Part shown: piece after piece, positions 8,624-17,832 of the stretch
Layout: each line of letters begins with the position of its first letter
Position numbering within the stretch: the first letter of the stretch is position 1
Source of the DNA: Solirubrobacterales bacterium
GTDB lineage: Bacteria; Actinomycetota; Thermoleophilia; Solirubrobacterales; 70-9
Reading direction: 5' to 3'
Assembly: GCA_036379955.1 (NCBI GenBank)
Contig: DASVFR010000037.1
Span: 37,280-101,279, forward strand
Length of the DNA: 64,000 nt
Program-made: the position numbers and the translations under genes
Notes under the pieces: generated by a model
Databases searched by the model: none
Seen by the model: only the letters and a program-made list of their open reading frames with translations
What the model was told of the DNA's origin: nothing

Positions 8624-10045
8624 TTGAAGCCGAAACCATCGGTTGCTGCGATGGTTAGCGCGGTAATGCGCCTGCTTCGGCCGGTACTGGCGGCACTCGT
8701 CCTACTCGCGGTTTTCGCGACGCCCGCGGCTGCGCGGACGGTGCACTTTGGCGGCGAAACGGTGCGGGTGCCGGCGGGGTGGTCGGTCGTTCGGCTCGCC
8801 CAGCATCCGCGGATGTGCGTGCGGCTCGATCGGCGCGCGGTGTATTTGGGGAGGCCCGGCGCCGCTCAGAGCTGTCCATCGCGGGCTCTTGGTCGTCGGA
8901 GGGCGATCCTGGTTGAATCTGACGCGCCGCGCGGGGCCGCCGCCAGCGCGGTCGGGCCGCCGACGGAAACGGAAGCCGTCACCGGCTCCGAAGACTTCAC
9001 CGGCCTCGGCTTCGACGCCTGCGCGACGCCCTCCTCGCGGGCGATGTCGGCTTGGGCCTCCTCGCCCTACCGGGCGATCGGCGTCTACATCGGCGGCGCC
9101 AACCGGGCCTGCTCGCAACCCAACCTGACACCGGAATGGGTCGGCGAGCAGGTGGGGGAGGGCTGGCACTTGATCCCCACTTACGTCGGCCTGCAGGCAC
9201 CGACCAGCTCCTGCGGCAGCTGCGCGGCGCTCAGCTCGAGCCTGACCCAGGCGAAACTGCAGGGCGCGGAAGCGGCCCGCGACGCGGTCGCCGAGGCCGA
9301 AGCGGTGGCGATGGGGCCCGGCAGCCCGCTCTACTTCGACATGGAGTCCTACACGCGGACGACGAGCGCCACGCGGGCGACGCTCACCTTCCTCTCCTCC
9401 TGGACCACGCAGCTGCACGCGCTCGGCTACGCCTCCGGCGTCTACAGCTCGAGCAGCTCCGGCATTGCCGACCTGGCCCGCGAATTCGGCGCCACCTACA
9501 CGATGCCCGACAACGTCTGGACCGCCAACTGGAACGGGGCCAGGAACGCGCTCGACGCCTACATCTCGGCCGACCTCTGGATCGAGCACCAGCGCATCCA
9601 CCAGTACCTGGGCGGTCACGACGAGACTTACGGACGGACGACGATCAACATCGACAACGACTACGTCGAAGGGGCGACCGTCGGCTCGAGCGCGGCGTTG
9701 CCGCCGCTGAGCGTGCGCAAGGTCGGGAGCGAGCGAGGCACCGTCAGCCTCTGGGTCCGCTGCGGCTGGGCCGAAGGCGAAAGCTGCCCGGGTCGGATCC
9801 TGCTGCGCACCCACGCCGCTCTACCGCTGCGGGCCAGGCCCGGCGCGCCGCGGCGGGTCGTGAGGATCGGGGTCAGCAGCCGTACCTTCGCGCTTGCCGG
9901 TGGGCGCTCCCACACCTACCGCGTCGCGCTCGACGAACGCGGTCGCGCCCTGCTGGCGCGTCACGGCTTCCTCAGAGCCCAGCTGCTGGTCGCGATCCCC
10001 GGCTCGCGCGTGGCCCGCGCCGTCCGCTTCAGCCTGGGTCGCTAG
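8624..10045 (+). CDS. secreted DUF1906/Rv2525c-like glycoside-hydrolase-fold protein (start may be 8651 or 8666)
   Basis: Signal peptide MRLLRPVLAALVLLAVFATPAAA, then GFDACATPS...YRAIGVYIGGANRAC...WHLIPTYVGLQAP, typical of the DUF1906 domain. Confidence 0.65.
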   Translation: MKPKPSVAAMVSAVMRLLRPVLAALVLLAVFATPAAARTVHFGGETVRVPAGWSVVRLAQHPRMCVRLDRRAVYLGRPGAAQSCPSRALGRRRAILVESDAPRGAAASAVGPPTETEAVTGSEDFTGLGFDACATPSSRAMSAWASSPYRAIGVYIGGANRACSQPNLTPEWVGEQVGEGWHLIPTYVGLQAPTSSCGSCAALSSSLTQAKLQGAEAARDAVAEAEAVAMGPGSPLYFDMESYTRTTSATRATLTFLSSWTTQLHALGYASGVYSSSSSGIADLAREFGATYTMPDNVWTANWNGARNALDAYISADLWIEHQRIHQYLGGHDETYGRTTINIDNDYVEGATVGSSAALPPLSVRKVGSERGTVSLWVRCGWAEGESCPGRILLRTHAALPLRARPGAPRRVVRIGVSSRTFALAGGRSHTYRVALDERGRALLARHGFLRAQLLVAIPGSRVARAVRFSLGR

Positions 10046-10122
10046 GCCGCTACTCCATTCCGCCGCCGTCCCGGGCCTTGGCCCCGTCAGCTTGCCGGAG
10101 AAGCTGCGCTGAAGCCGGTCGG

Positions 10123-10503
10123 TCAGACCCAGGTCGCCTGTGGAAGGTGCTCGAGGATCGTGCGGTCGGCGGTGACGAGGGGCACGTCGGCGACGATCGC
10201 CTGAGCCGCAATCAGGCGATCGAACGGATCGCGGGTCCAGGAGACGTCGATCGCGGCCCCCACGATGGACGCAAGCGAGACGTCGGCGACCCGTAGGCCG
10301 ATCGTCCTGCGCAGCGCGCCGAGGGGCGCTGCAGCCGGCTCGGTCACGCGCCCCACTTCGTGGAGGAAGGTCAGCTCCAGCTCCACCACCGGCGACACAT
10401 ATGGCTCACCGGACTCGATCAGCTCGCGCACCGTGGTCGGGATGCGCCGGTCTGCGCCCTCGTAGAGCCAGCCGACGATATGGGTGTCAAGAAGGATCAG
10501 GAT
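10123..10503 (-). CDS. PIN-domain toxin (VapC-like); no canonical start codon upstream of the conserved N-terminal Asp
   Basis: The frame reads ..ILILLDTHIVGWLYEG..RELIESG...TRDPFDRLIAAQAIVADVPLVTADRTI. The tracked ORF starts only at GTG 10431, downstream of the LLDTH acidic motif. It overlaps the antitoxin stop. Confidence 0.55.
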   Translation of the reverse strand: MLILLDTHIVGWLYEGADRRIPTTVRELIESGEPYVSPVVELELTFLHEVGRVTEPAAAPLGALRRTIGLRVADVSLASIVGAAIDVSWTRDPFDRLIAAQAIVADVPLVTADRTILEHLPQATWV

Positions 10504-10720
10504 TCCACTCCGAGGACCAGTCCATGTGGATCAGATCGTCCGGATCGCCGACGATGTACCCCTCGCGACGTGGAAGGCGGTCCCAGATCGACCGCTCCTC
10601 CTTGGGGGCGATCACCAGGACCTTGCCGTTGCGCTTGATCTCGAGCGGCTGGCCGGTCTCGAGGACCTCGTCCAGCAGCCGGTAGACGTCGGCGCGCAGC
10701 TTGGAGGCGGTGATTGTCAT
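10487..10720 (-). CDS. Phd/YefM-family antitoxin
   Basis: MTITASKLRADVYRLLDEVLETGQPLEIKRNGKVLVIAP is a typical Phd/YefM N-terminus. GGAG lies upstream of ATG 10720. The tracked longer start (10819) adds non-homologous sequence. Confidence 0.75.
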   Translation of the reverse strand: MTITASKLRADVYRLLDEVLETGQPLEIKRNGKVLVIAPKEERSIWDRLPRREGYIVGDPDDLIHMDWSSEWNPDPS

Positions 10721-10736
10721 CTTCAGCTCCTCAGGA

Positions 10737-10774
10737 TACGTACGTACAAGGAAAGGATAAAACGTACATACGTT
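10737..10774. promoter_or_regulatory. ACGTAC-containing palindromes upstream of the antitoxin (candidate operator)
   Basis: TACGTACGTA (self-complementary, 10737-10746) and AACGTAcaTACGTT (10761-10774) lie in the AT-richer stretch just upstream of the phd-like start. Confidence 0.4.
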
Positions 10775-10922
10775 AACCCGTGGGGCGGCGGCAGCTTGGA
10801 GATGAGCTTGCATCGTCATCGTGCGGCGAGCCTAGGGAGCGCCAGCGCACGCGTGGCGCGCCGAATCGCACGCATCTCAAACTTCTCCTCCGCCCGATCC
10901 GTCACTCTTTGCGATCGCAGGG

Positions 10923-11390
10923 ATGAGCCGCCGCGACCAGATCAAGTTGAGCGAGGGGGAGCTACTCGAGCTGCTCGACGGCGAGCGGATCGCGGTCGTC
11001 TCCAGCCTCGGCCCCCGCGGCTGGCCGCACTCGATGCCGATGTGGTTCGTCCCCCGCGCCGGCGAGGTCTGGATCTGGACCTACGCGAAATCGCAGAAGG
11101 TGCGCAACCTCGAGCGCGACCCGCGGGCCACCGTCCTGGTCGAGACCGGCCGCGAGTACGGCGAGCTGCGCGGCGCGGCGATCGAGGCCGAAGCCGAGAT
11201 CCACCGCGACCCCGCGACCGTTCTCGGGTTCGCGGAAGAGCTGACCATGCGCTACGCCGGGGGCATCTCCTCGGTGGAGGGCGACGCCAAGGCAGCGCTG
11301 GAAGCGCAGGCGCCGAAGCGGGTGGCGATCCACTTCAGGCCCGTTCGGGTCGCCACCTGGGACCACCGCAAGCTGGGAGGGACGTATTGA
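10923..11390 (+). CDS. pyridoxamine 5'-phosphate oxidase (PPOX) family protein, probably F420-dependent class
   Basis: IAVVSSLGPRGWPHSMPMWFV...VWIWTYAKSQKVRNLERDPRATVLVE... pattern of split-barrel PPOX proteins. Confidence 0.65.
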   Translation: MSRRDQIKLSEGELLELLDGERIAVVSSLGPRGWPHSMPMWFVPRAGEVWIWTYAKSQKVRNLERDPRATVLVETGREYGELRGAAIEAEAEIHRDPATVLGFAEELTMRYAGGISSVEGDAKAALEAQAPKRVAIHFRPVRVATWDHRKLGGTY

Positions 11391-12595
11391 GAGCCGCTAG
11401 GAAGGATTGGCGAAACTCGCGTGGGCGGGCCGGCGAGCGCCGGACCAAGGGGTACAAGGACGCAGGTCGGCCGAATAGCAGCGCTATTCGGCCGACCGAG
11501 GACGCCGTACCGCGCAGCGTCCGCCGCCGCCGGACGTGCGCGGGGGTTTCGCCAATCCTTCCTAGGACCGCCGCGCTCCTCGCCTCGATCGTCGCTGCGC
11601 TGCTCCTGCCGGCGGCGGCGCGGGCGCTGCCGCCCTCCTTCTTCGGGATCGCGCCGCAGACGCCGCTGACCGATGCCGACGCCGTCTACATGAAGGCGGC
11701 CCGGATCGGCACCGTGCGCTGGCCCGTCAACTGGGCGCTCGTGCAGCCAACCGCGAACGGGGGCTACGACTGGAGCAGCGTCGACCCCGCGGTCGAAGCG
11801 GCGCGCAAGCGCGGCTTGCAGGTCCTGCCCTTCATCTACGGGACGCCGCGCTGGGTCGCGCGGCAGCCGACGACGCTGCCGATCGACAGCGCCCGTGCCC
11901 GTCGCGCCTGGCTCGCCTTCGTGCGCGAAGCCGTGCGCCGCTACAGCCCGCGCGGCATCCATACCTGGCAGGTCTGGAACGAGGCCAACTTCTTCTACTT
12001 CGCCTACCCGGTCTCACCCGGGCGCTACGCTCGCCTACTGAAGCCGACCTACGCCGAGATCAAGGCTGAGGACCCGCGCGCGAAGGTGATCCTCTCCGGG
12101 CTCTTCGGCAATCCCGACGAGGGCGGCCGGCGTGGCATGGACGCCTCGAAGTTCCTCGCCGCCCTCTATCGCGTGCCCGGCATCGAGCGCTACTTCGACG
12201 GCGTCGCCCTGCACCCATACGCCTTCCACGTCGACGACCTCGAAGCGCTGACCGAAGAAATGCGCGAAGTCGTCCTCGACAACGGCGACCCCGGCGCCGG
12301 CCTCTACGTCACCGAGATGGGCTGGGGCTCCCAGAACGATTCCAACGTCGTCGCCTTCGAGCAGGGGATCGCCGGCCAGGCGCGCGAACTGCGCAAGGCC
12401 TACAGCTTCCTGATCGCCAACCGGGTGCGCCTCAACCTCAAGGCGGCCTACTGGTACTCGTGGAAAGACAACCCGGAATACACCGCCTGCTCCTTCTGCG
12501 ACTCGGTCGGCCTCTTCCGCGCCGGCGTCAGCTTCAAGCCGAAGCCGGCATGGCGATCGTTCGTGGCGCTGACCGGCGGCCGAGCGCGCCCCTAG
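11387..12595 (+). CDS. secreted clan GH-A-like glycoside hydrolase (PslG/GH39-like); start unresolved
   Basis: WQVWNEANF (acid/base NE) and YVTEMGWGS (nucleophile E). Signal-like RRRRTCAGVSPILPRTAALLASIVAALLLPAAARA. The only in-frame ATG/GTG/TTG upstream of the signal region and outside upstream genes is TTG 11387, so the 5' coding part would be element-derived. Confidence 0.6.
   Translation: MRAARKDWRNSRGRAGERRTKGYKDAGRPNSSAIRPTEDAVPRSVRRRRTCAGVSPILPRTAALLASIVAALLLPAAARALPPSFFGIAPQTPLTDADAVYMKAARIGTVRWPVNWALVQPTANGGYDWSSVDPAVEAARKRGLQVLPFIYGTPRWVARQPTTLPIDSARARRAWLAFVREAVRRYSPRGIHTWQVWNEANFFYFAYPVSPGRYARLLKPTYAEIKAEDPRAKVILSGLFGNPDEGGRRGMDASKFLAALYRVPGIERYFDGVALHPYAFHVDDLEALTEEMREVVLDNGDPGAGLYVTEMGWGSQNDSNVVAFEQGIAGQARELRKAYSFLIANRVRLNLKAAYWYSWKDNPEYTACSFCDSVGLFRAGVSFKPKPAWRSFVALTGGRARP
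11397..11565. mobile_element. 169-bp MITE-like palindromic element (family 2), perfect 20-bp terminal inverted repeats
   Basis: CTAGGAAGGATTGGCGAAAC at 11397-11416 and its exact reverse complement at 11546-11565. Central hairpin GGTCGGCCGAATAGCAGCGCTATTCGGCCGACC. A diverged copy lies downstream of groEL. Confidence 0.8.
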
Positions 12596-12626
12596 GCGGA
12601 CCAGTGCGAATAGCATCGCGGCCCGC

Positions 12627-13361
12627 ATGAGCGCCGCCCCCACCCGAGAGCCGGCCTGGCTGGTGTTGCCCACGTACGAAGAGGCCGGCAACATCGAGCG
12701 CTTCGTCGAGGCGGTGCGAGCGGTGCTGCCGGAGTCGGCCCACCTGCTGATCGTCGACGACAACTCGCCGGACGGAACGGGCGAGATCGCCGACCGCCTC
12801 GCCGCCGAGCAGCCCAACGTCTCCGTCCTGCACCGTCCGCACAAGGAAGGCCTCGGCCCCGCCTACATCGCCGGCTTCCGCCGGGCGCTCGCCGAGGGCG
12901 CGGCGCTGGTCCTTGAGATGGACTCCGACTTCTCCCACGACCCCTCCCACCTGCCGGCGATGCTGGCGGCGGCCGAGCGGGCCGACCTCGTGATCGGCTC
13001 GCGCTACGTGCCCGGCGGCGGCGTCGAGGACTGGGGGCCGGTGCGGCGGGTGATCAGCCGCGGCGGCAGCGCCTACGCGCGCCTCGTGCTCGGCCTCTCC
13101 GTGCGAGACCTGACGGCGGGCTTCAAGTGCTTCCGTCGCGAGGTCCTCGAAGCGCTCGACCTCGACGCGATCGCCTCCCGCGGCTACGCCTTCCAGGTCG
13201 AGATTACCTACCGCACCATCCAGCACGGCTTCGACGTGGTCGAGGTGCCGATCGTCTTCCGCGACCGCCAGGTCGGCAGCTCGAAGATCGACGCCTCGGT
13301 GATCACGGAGGCGTTCTGGCGGGTCCCGCAGCTGCGCTTCGGCGCTCGAGCGCCGCGTTAG
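12627..13361 (+). CDS. ppm1: polyprenol-phosphate mannose synthase (Dpm1/Ppm1-like GT2)
   Basis: LVLPTYEEAGNIE...LLIVDDNSPDGTGEIA...HRPHKEGLGPAYIAGF...SRYVPGGG. Length and motifs match Dpm1-type synthases. Confidence 0.75.
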   Translation: MSAAPTREPAWLVLPTYEEAGNIERFVEAVRAVLPESAHLLIVDDNSPDGTGEIADRLAAEQPNVSVLHRPHKEGLGPAYIAGFRRALAEGAALVLEMDSDFSHDPSHLPAMLAAAERADLVIGSRYVPGGGVEDWGPVRRVISRGGSAYARLVLGLSVRDLTAGFKCFRREVLEALDLDAIASRGYAFQVEITYRTIQHGFDVVEVPIVFRDRQVGSSKIDASVITEAFWRVPQLRFGARAPR

Positions 13362-13391
13362 CGGCCTGTCTCGCGCATAGACTCGCGCACC

Positions 13392-15134
13392 GTGTCGGGA
13401 GCTTGGTGGCGCGAAAGCCGGGACGTCGAGCGGTTCGCCCTGGTCGGGCTTGCGGTGGCGATGGTCGTTGCCGCCGTGCTGCTGCTTGCCGAGACTCGCG
13501 GCCTGACCCTGCTGGTCGACGAGTGGTCGTGGGGCTACGCCGGCCGCACCGACCTCGACCTCCACGCTTTCGTCGATCCCCACAACGGGCACTTCGTCGC
13601 GGTCATGGTGCTGATCACGAAGGCGGCTTTGCAGCTCTTCCATGAAGACGCCGAGACGCCGCTGCGGCTGCTCGCCGTGGCGCTCCACCTGGCCGTCGCG
13701 GCTTGTCTGTTCGCCCTCCTGCGCCAGGCGCTCGGCGCGCTCGGCGCGCTCGTGCCCACCGTCCTCTTCCTCTTCCTCGGCGCCGCCAACGACGGCATCG
13801 TCGGCTCGCACGGGATGTCGGTGACGATCACCGTGCTCTGCGGCCTGGGCGCCTGGCTGGCGCTGCAGCGCCGCCGCACCGGCTGGGACGCGGTCGCGGC
13901 CGGGCTGCTGACGATCGGCGTCGCCACCGAGTCGACCGTCTTGCCTTTCGTCTTCGCCGCGGCTTTGATCGTCGCCCTCGACCGCGAGTCGCCGCGCTCC
14001 CGGTACTGGGTCGCGATCGCTCCGTTGGCGGTGTACGCGGTCTGGTGGCTCGCCTGGGGCCATACCGAGAAGAGCGACGTCGCGATCGCCAACTTCGCCG
14101 CCCTGCCCTCCTTCGCCTTCGACTCGCTCGCCGCCTCGTTGGCTTCGGTCACGGGCGTCTTCACCATTCCCGGCAGCCGCACGGTCGGCTTCGACCTCGC
14201 TGCCGGTCAGGCGCTGGCCGGCGGGATGCTCATGGTCCTGCTCGCGCTGGTGCTTGCGCGCCGCTACCGCCCGGGCGTGGCAAGCGCTGTGCCGATGCTC
14301 GCGCTGCTCTCCTTTTGGCTGCTGACCTCGGGGGTGGCGAACCCGGCCCGCCAGCCGTATTCGAGCCGCTTCATCTACATCGACGTGGTCCTGTTGCTGC
14401 TCGTGCTCGCCCAAGAGATCGCGGCCTCGCCCGTGAGACGCCGGGCTGTGCCGATCCTGGCCGGAATCTGCGCGCTGGGGCTGTCGCCCAACGTCCGCGA
14501 GCTCACCTACGCCGGCGACGGCGCCCGGGTCGGCGCCGAAGTCAACCGGGCGGTGATGGGTGCCGCCGACCTCCTCGCCGGCCAGGGCGAAGCATCCGCG
14601 CTGCTCGAGGATCCGCGGGATCCGATCGAAGGTCAGGTGGCCGACCTGGCCTTCCCGCTCGAACGGTACGAAGCCTCACGCGACCGCTTCGGCGCCCCGG
14701 CCCTCTCGCCGGCGCAGATCGAAGCTGCCGACCCGGTGGCCCGGGTGGCGGCCGATCACTTCCTCGTCCGCGCCCTGTCGATCTCCGTGGTCCCCGCGGC
14801 GGGGTTGCCCAGGCCCCTCTCGGCACCGGCCGGGGCCTCGCAGACCGGCGGTGTCCTCACGCACGCGCGCGGCTGCCTGCGTTTCACCCCGCTCGTCGTT
14901 GGCGCCCAGATGACCCTGCGACTGCCTCTCGGCGGCCTCTGGCTGCGTCCGGCGGCGGGACCGCCCGTGCCGATCTCCGTCGCCCGCTTCGCCGAAGGGC
15001 CCGCGGGCGGGGTCGGAGTCGGCCCCGCTCTCGGCGGCCGCGCCTCGCGACTCGACCTGCCGCGCAGCCGCGCCTCACGGGGCTGGAGCGCCCAGCTCGT
15101 TCCCGATCAGCGGCTGCTGATCTGCGGGGCCTGA
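13392..15134 (+). CDS. large polytopic membrane protein (possible GT-C-type glycosyltransferase)
   Basis: 580 aa with about 10 or more hydrophobic segments followed by a soluble C-terminal domain. Adjacent to the Ppm1-like gene. No motif recognised. Confidence 0.5.
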   Translation: MSGAWWRESRDVERFALVGLAVAMVVAAVLLLAETRGLTLLVDEWSWGYAGRTDLDLHAFVDPHNGHFVAVMVLITKAALQLFHEDAETPLRLLAVALHLAVAACLFALLRQALGALGALVPTVLFLFLGAANDGIVGSHGMSVTITVLCGLGAWLALQRRRTGWDAVAAGLLTIGVATESTVLPFVFAAALIVALDRESPRSRYWVAIAPLAVYAVWWLAWGHTEKSDVAIANFAALPSFAFDSLAASLASVTGVFTIPGSRTVGFDLAAGQALAGGMLMVLLALVLARRYRPGVASAVPMLALLSFWLLTSGVANPARQPYSSRFIYIDVVLLLLVLAQEIAASPVRRRAVPILAGICALGLSPNVRELTYAGDGARVGAEVNRAVMGAADLLAGQGEASALLEDPRDPIEGQVADLAFPLERYEASRDRFGAPALSPAQIEAADPVARVAADHFLVRALSISVVPAAGLPRPLSAPAGASQTGGVLTHARGCLRFTPLVVGAQMTLRLPLGGLWLRPAAGPPVPISVARFAEGPAGGVGVGPALGGRASRLDLPRSRASRGWSAQLVPDQRLLICGA

Positions 15135-15144
15135 GGCATCCCGC

Positions 15145-15885
15145 TTGCCGACCCTCTCCCTGATCGTCCCGGCCTTCGACGAGGAGGCCCGCCTGCCGGC
15201 CTTGCTGGACGTCTTGGAAGGGAGCGCGGAGGAGGCCGTTGCGCGGGCGGGGTTCGAGCTGGCGGAGACGCTTGTCGTCGACGACGGCAGCGGCGATCGC
15301 ACCGCGGAGATCCTTGCCGCGGCGGGCGGACCGAAGCTGAGGCCGATCCTCGGCGGCGCGCATGAAGGCAAGGGTGCCGCGGTCGCGCGCGGAGTGCGCG
15401 CCGCGGGCGGTGAGTACGTCCTGCTCGCCGACGCCGACCTCTCGACGCCGCTGGGCGAGCTGGGACAGCTGAGCGCGGCGATCCGCGAGGGCGCCGACGT
15501 CGCCGTCGGCTCTCGGGCGGTGGCGGGCGCCGCGGTCGACCGCGGCCCGGTGCACCGCAAGCTGACCGGCCGTGCCTTCGGCGTCGCGGTGCGACTGCTC
15601 ACCGGACTGCCGATCCGCGACACCCAGAATGGCTTCAAGTTGTTGCGCACGGCAACCGCGCGCGAGCTGTTCTCCGAGCAGCTCTGCCCCGGTTTCGCCT
15701 TCGACGTCGAGCTTCTGATGCGGGCGCAGCGGGCGGGCCTGCGCATCGCCGAGGTGCCCGTGCTCTACGTGCACGACTCCCGCTCGCGCCTGCGCGTCGG
15801 CCGCGCCAGCTTCGAGATGCTGGCCGAAGTCAGCCGCCTGGCGCTGCGCCTGCAGGGGCGGGGATTCCGGCCTCGGCGGCCCTGA
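15145..15885 (+). CDS. GT2 glycosyltransferase, dolichyl/polyprenyl-phosphate beta-glucosyltransferase-like
   Basis: LSLIVPAFDEEARLP...VVDDGSGDRTAEI...LLADADLSTP...RDTQNGFKLL...FAFDVELL. Confidence 0.7.
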   Translation: MPTLSLIVPAFDEEARLPALLDVLEGSAEEAVARAGFELAETLVVDDGSGDRTAEILAAAGGPKLRPILGGAHEGKGAAVARGVRAAGGEYVLLADADLSTPLGELGQLSAAIREGADVAVGSRAVAGAAVDRGPVHRKLTGRAFGVAVRLLTGLPIRDTQNGFKLLRTATARELFSEQLCPGFAFDVELLMRAQRAGLRIAEVPVLYVHDSRSRLRVGRASFEMLAEVSRLALRLQGRGFRPRRP

Positions 15886-17101
15886 GCGCCGGCCGGCGCA
15901 GCAGTGCGACCATCGCCACCGTGGCGTCCGCGGCGGCGAAGAGCAGCGCGACGTTGCGGACGACCAGGTTGAACGGCGAGCCGTAGATCGGCATCTCTCC
16001 CCAAGTGCCCATGGGTCCGTAGGCGGCGGTGGTGAGGATCGCGGCTCCGATCACGATCCAGGCCGGCCGCGCGATGCGCGTGCGGGACTCGGTCAGGGAC
16101 ACCGCCGCCAGGCCGAAGAGCCAGACCATGTACTGGGGGCTGAGCACGCGGCTGGCGATCACCAGGAGCAGGACGGCGGTGAAGACGAAGTCGCGGCTGA
16201 CGACGGCGTCCTTCAGGTCGTCTCTGCCGGCTCGGATCGCCTTGGCTCGCGCCATCCACCAGGCGGCGATCCCGATCAGCACCGCGAGGCTGACCCACTT
16301 GAGCAGGTCGGCGGTGACGTCGGCGGGGTGGCTGGCCAGCTCGGCCGCCCCGTAGCGCGGGTAGGCGAAGGGTTCCTCGCCGGTGACCAGCTGACGCAGG
16401 TGCCAGGGGGTGGCGGCGACCGCTTCCACCTGCAGCCCGCGGCCGCCCTGCTCTTTGAGGAATTCGAGCGGATCGCCGTGGAAGGCGATCCTGCCGAGCG
16501 CGAAGACGAGCGCGACCGCCACCCCGGCGGCGAGGCAGGCGCGCAGCAGGCGGCGCCATTCCCACTCGCCGAAGAGGACCGCCACCGGCCAGACTTTGAC
16601 CGTCGCGCCGAGGCCGGCGAGCGCCCCGAACCAGGCGGGACGGCGGTGGATGACGACCAGCGCTCCGATCGCGGCCGCGGTCGCCGCCGGGTCGAAGCGC
16701 AGCACCGGGATCGCGCGCAGCATCGGCATCGCCAGCAGCCAGACCCAGACGCCGGCGTCGCGGCCTTCGCGCCGCGCCAGCAGGCCGATCAGCGCGAAGC
16801 AGATCAGGTCGAAGGCGAGCATCGCCGCCACGAAGCAGGACAGGTACCCCTGCGCGAACAGCCCCAGCCGCGGCAGCAGCAGCACGAAGGCGGCTCCGGG
16901 CGGGTACTGCCAGAACTGGCCGGCGGGCAGGGTGTGGTCGTGGGCCAGCTGGTTGGACCATTCGGAGTAGAGCCGGACGTCTTCGGTGTTGGCCCCGATC
17001 GTGTGGTTCCAGAAGCCGACCTGGACAACGATCAGCGCCCGCGTCAGCAGCCAGACCGCGGCCCAGACCCAGACCTTGTGGCGGGCGTAGAGGGCGCTCA
17101 T
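15830..17101 (-). CDS. GT87/DUF2029-family polyprenol-phosphate-sugar-dependent membrane glycosyltransferase
   Basis: Starts [19 protein letters not shown]...DVRLYSEWSNQL...WQYPPGAAFVLLLP (DUF2029-like). The tracked 553-aa ORF has a spurious N-terminal extension. ATGA overlap with the upstream GT2. Confidence 0.65.
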   Translation of the reverse strand: MSALYARHKVWVWAAVWLLTRALIVVQVGFWNHTIGANTEDVRLYSEWSNQLAHDHTLPAGQFWQYPPGAAFVLLLPRLGLFAQGYLSCFVAAMLAFDLICFALIGLLARREGRDAGVWVWLLAMPMLRAIPVLRFDPAATAAAIGALVVIHRRPAWFGALAGLGATVKVWPVAVLFGEWEWRRLLRACLAAGVAVALVFALGRIAFHGDPLEFLKEQGGRGLQVEAVAATPWHLRQLVTGEEPFAYPRYGAAELASHPADVTADLLKWVSLAVLIGIAAWWMARAKAIRAGRDDLKDAVVSRDFVFTAVLLLVIASRVLSPQYMVWLFGLAAVSLTESRTRIARPAWIVIGAAILTTAAYGPMGTWGEMPIYGSPFNLVVRNVALLFAAADATVAMVALLRRPALRAAEAGIPAPAGAAPGG

Positions 17102-17832
17102 CCCTCGCGGCGGTAGTCGCCGCGGCTCAGGTGGTGCTCGAGAAAGACGTAGAGGACGATGAAGAGGTAGCGGCTGCCCATCTCGTTGAGGTGGAGCTTG
17201 GAGACGCCGGCCTTGCGGTTGGTCCAGGAGATCGGCACGATTCCGTAGCTGTATCCGCGCACCACCGCCTTCAGCGGCAGCTCGACCGTGAGGTTGAAGT
17301 GGTTGGAGAGGAAGGGCCGCAGGTTTTCGATCACCTCGCGGCGGTAGGCCTTGAAGGCGTTGGTCGTGTCGTTGTAGCGGTGGCGGAAGAGGACGCGGAT
17401 CCCCCAGTTGACGATCCGGTTCATGATCAGCTTCGAGCGCGGATAGTCGAGGACCTGGGAGCCGTGCATGAAGCGCGAGCCGAAGGCGCACTCATAGCCC
17501 TCCTCCAGCAGGCGCTGGTAGGCGACCAGGTCCTGGGGACTGTCGGAGCCATCGGCCATCACGATCGCCACCGCGTCGCCGTCGAAGGCGTCGAGCCCGG
17601 CGCGCACCGCGAAGCCGAAGCCGTTGCGGAAGGGCGAGGGCAGGCAGCGGACCTGGGGGTGGCCCGCGGCGATGCCTTCGACGACCGCGGCCGTGCCGTC
17701 GGTGCTCGAGTCGTCGACGACGATCACCTCGTGCTCGATGCCCTCGGCAGAGAGGGCGGAGACGATGCCCTCGACCGTCTCCTCGACCACCTCCTCCTCG
17801 TTGTGGGCGGGGATGACGACGGAGAGCTTCAT
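17098..17832 (-). CDS. GT2 glycosyltransferase (Dpm1/GtrB-like polyprenyl-phosphate sugar synthase)
   Basis: [16 protein letters not shown]...[12 protein letters not shown]...[11 protein letters not shown]...[14 protein letters not shown]. Confidence 0.7.
   Translation of the reverse strand: MKLSVVIPAHNEEEVVEETVEGIVSALSAEGIEHEVIVVDDSSTDGTAAVVEGIAAGHPQVRCLPSPFRNGFGFAVRAGLDAFDGDAVAIVMADGSDSPQDLVAYQRLLEEGYECAFGSRFMHGSQVLDYPRSKLIMNRIVNWGIRVLFRHRYNDTTNAFKAYRREVIENLRPFLSNHFNLTVELPLKAVVRGYSYGIVPISWTNRKAGVSKLHLNEMGSRYLFIVLYVFLEHHLSRGDYRREG

Noticed and set aside
10484-12595. 703-aa plus-strand ORF treated as one gene
   Set aside because: Its first ~300 codons run out of frame through the phd-like gene, the PPOX gene and the MITE. 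Only the last ~340-400 codons have glycosidase features.
12534-14414. 626-aa minus-strand ORF
   Set aside because: It is antisense to the Ppm1-like gene and the following membrane protein, and its composition is dominated by R/G/E/D/A with no motifs.
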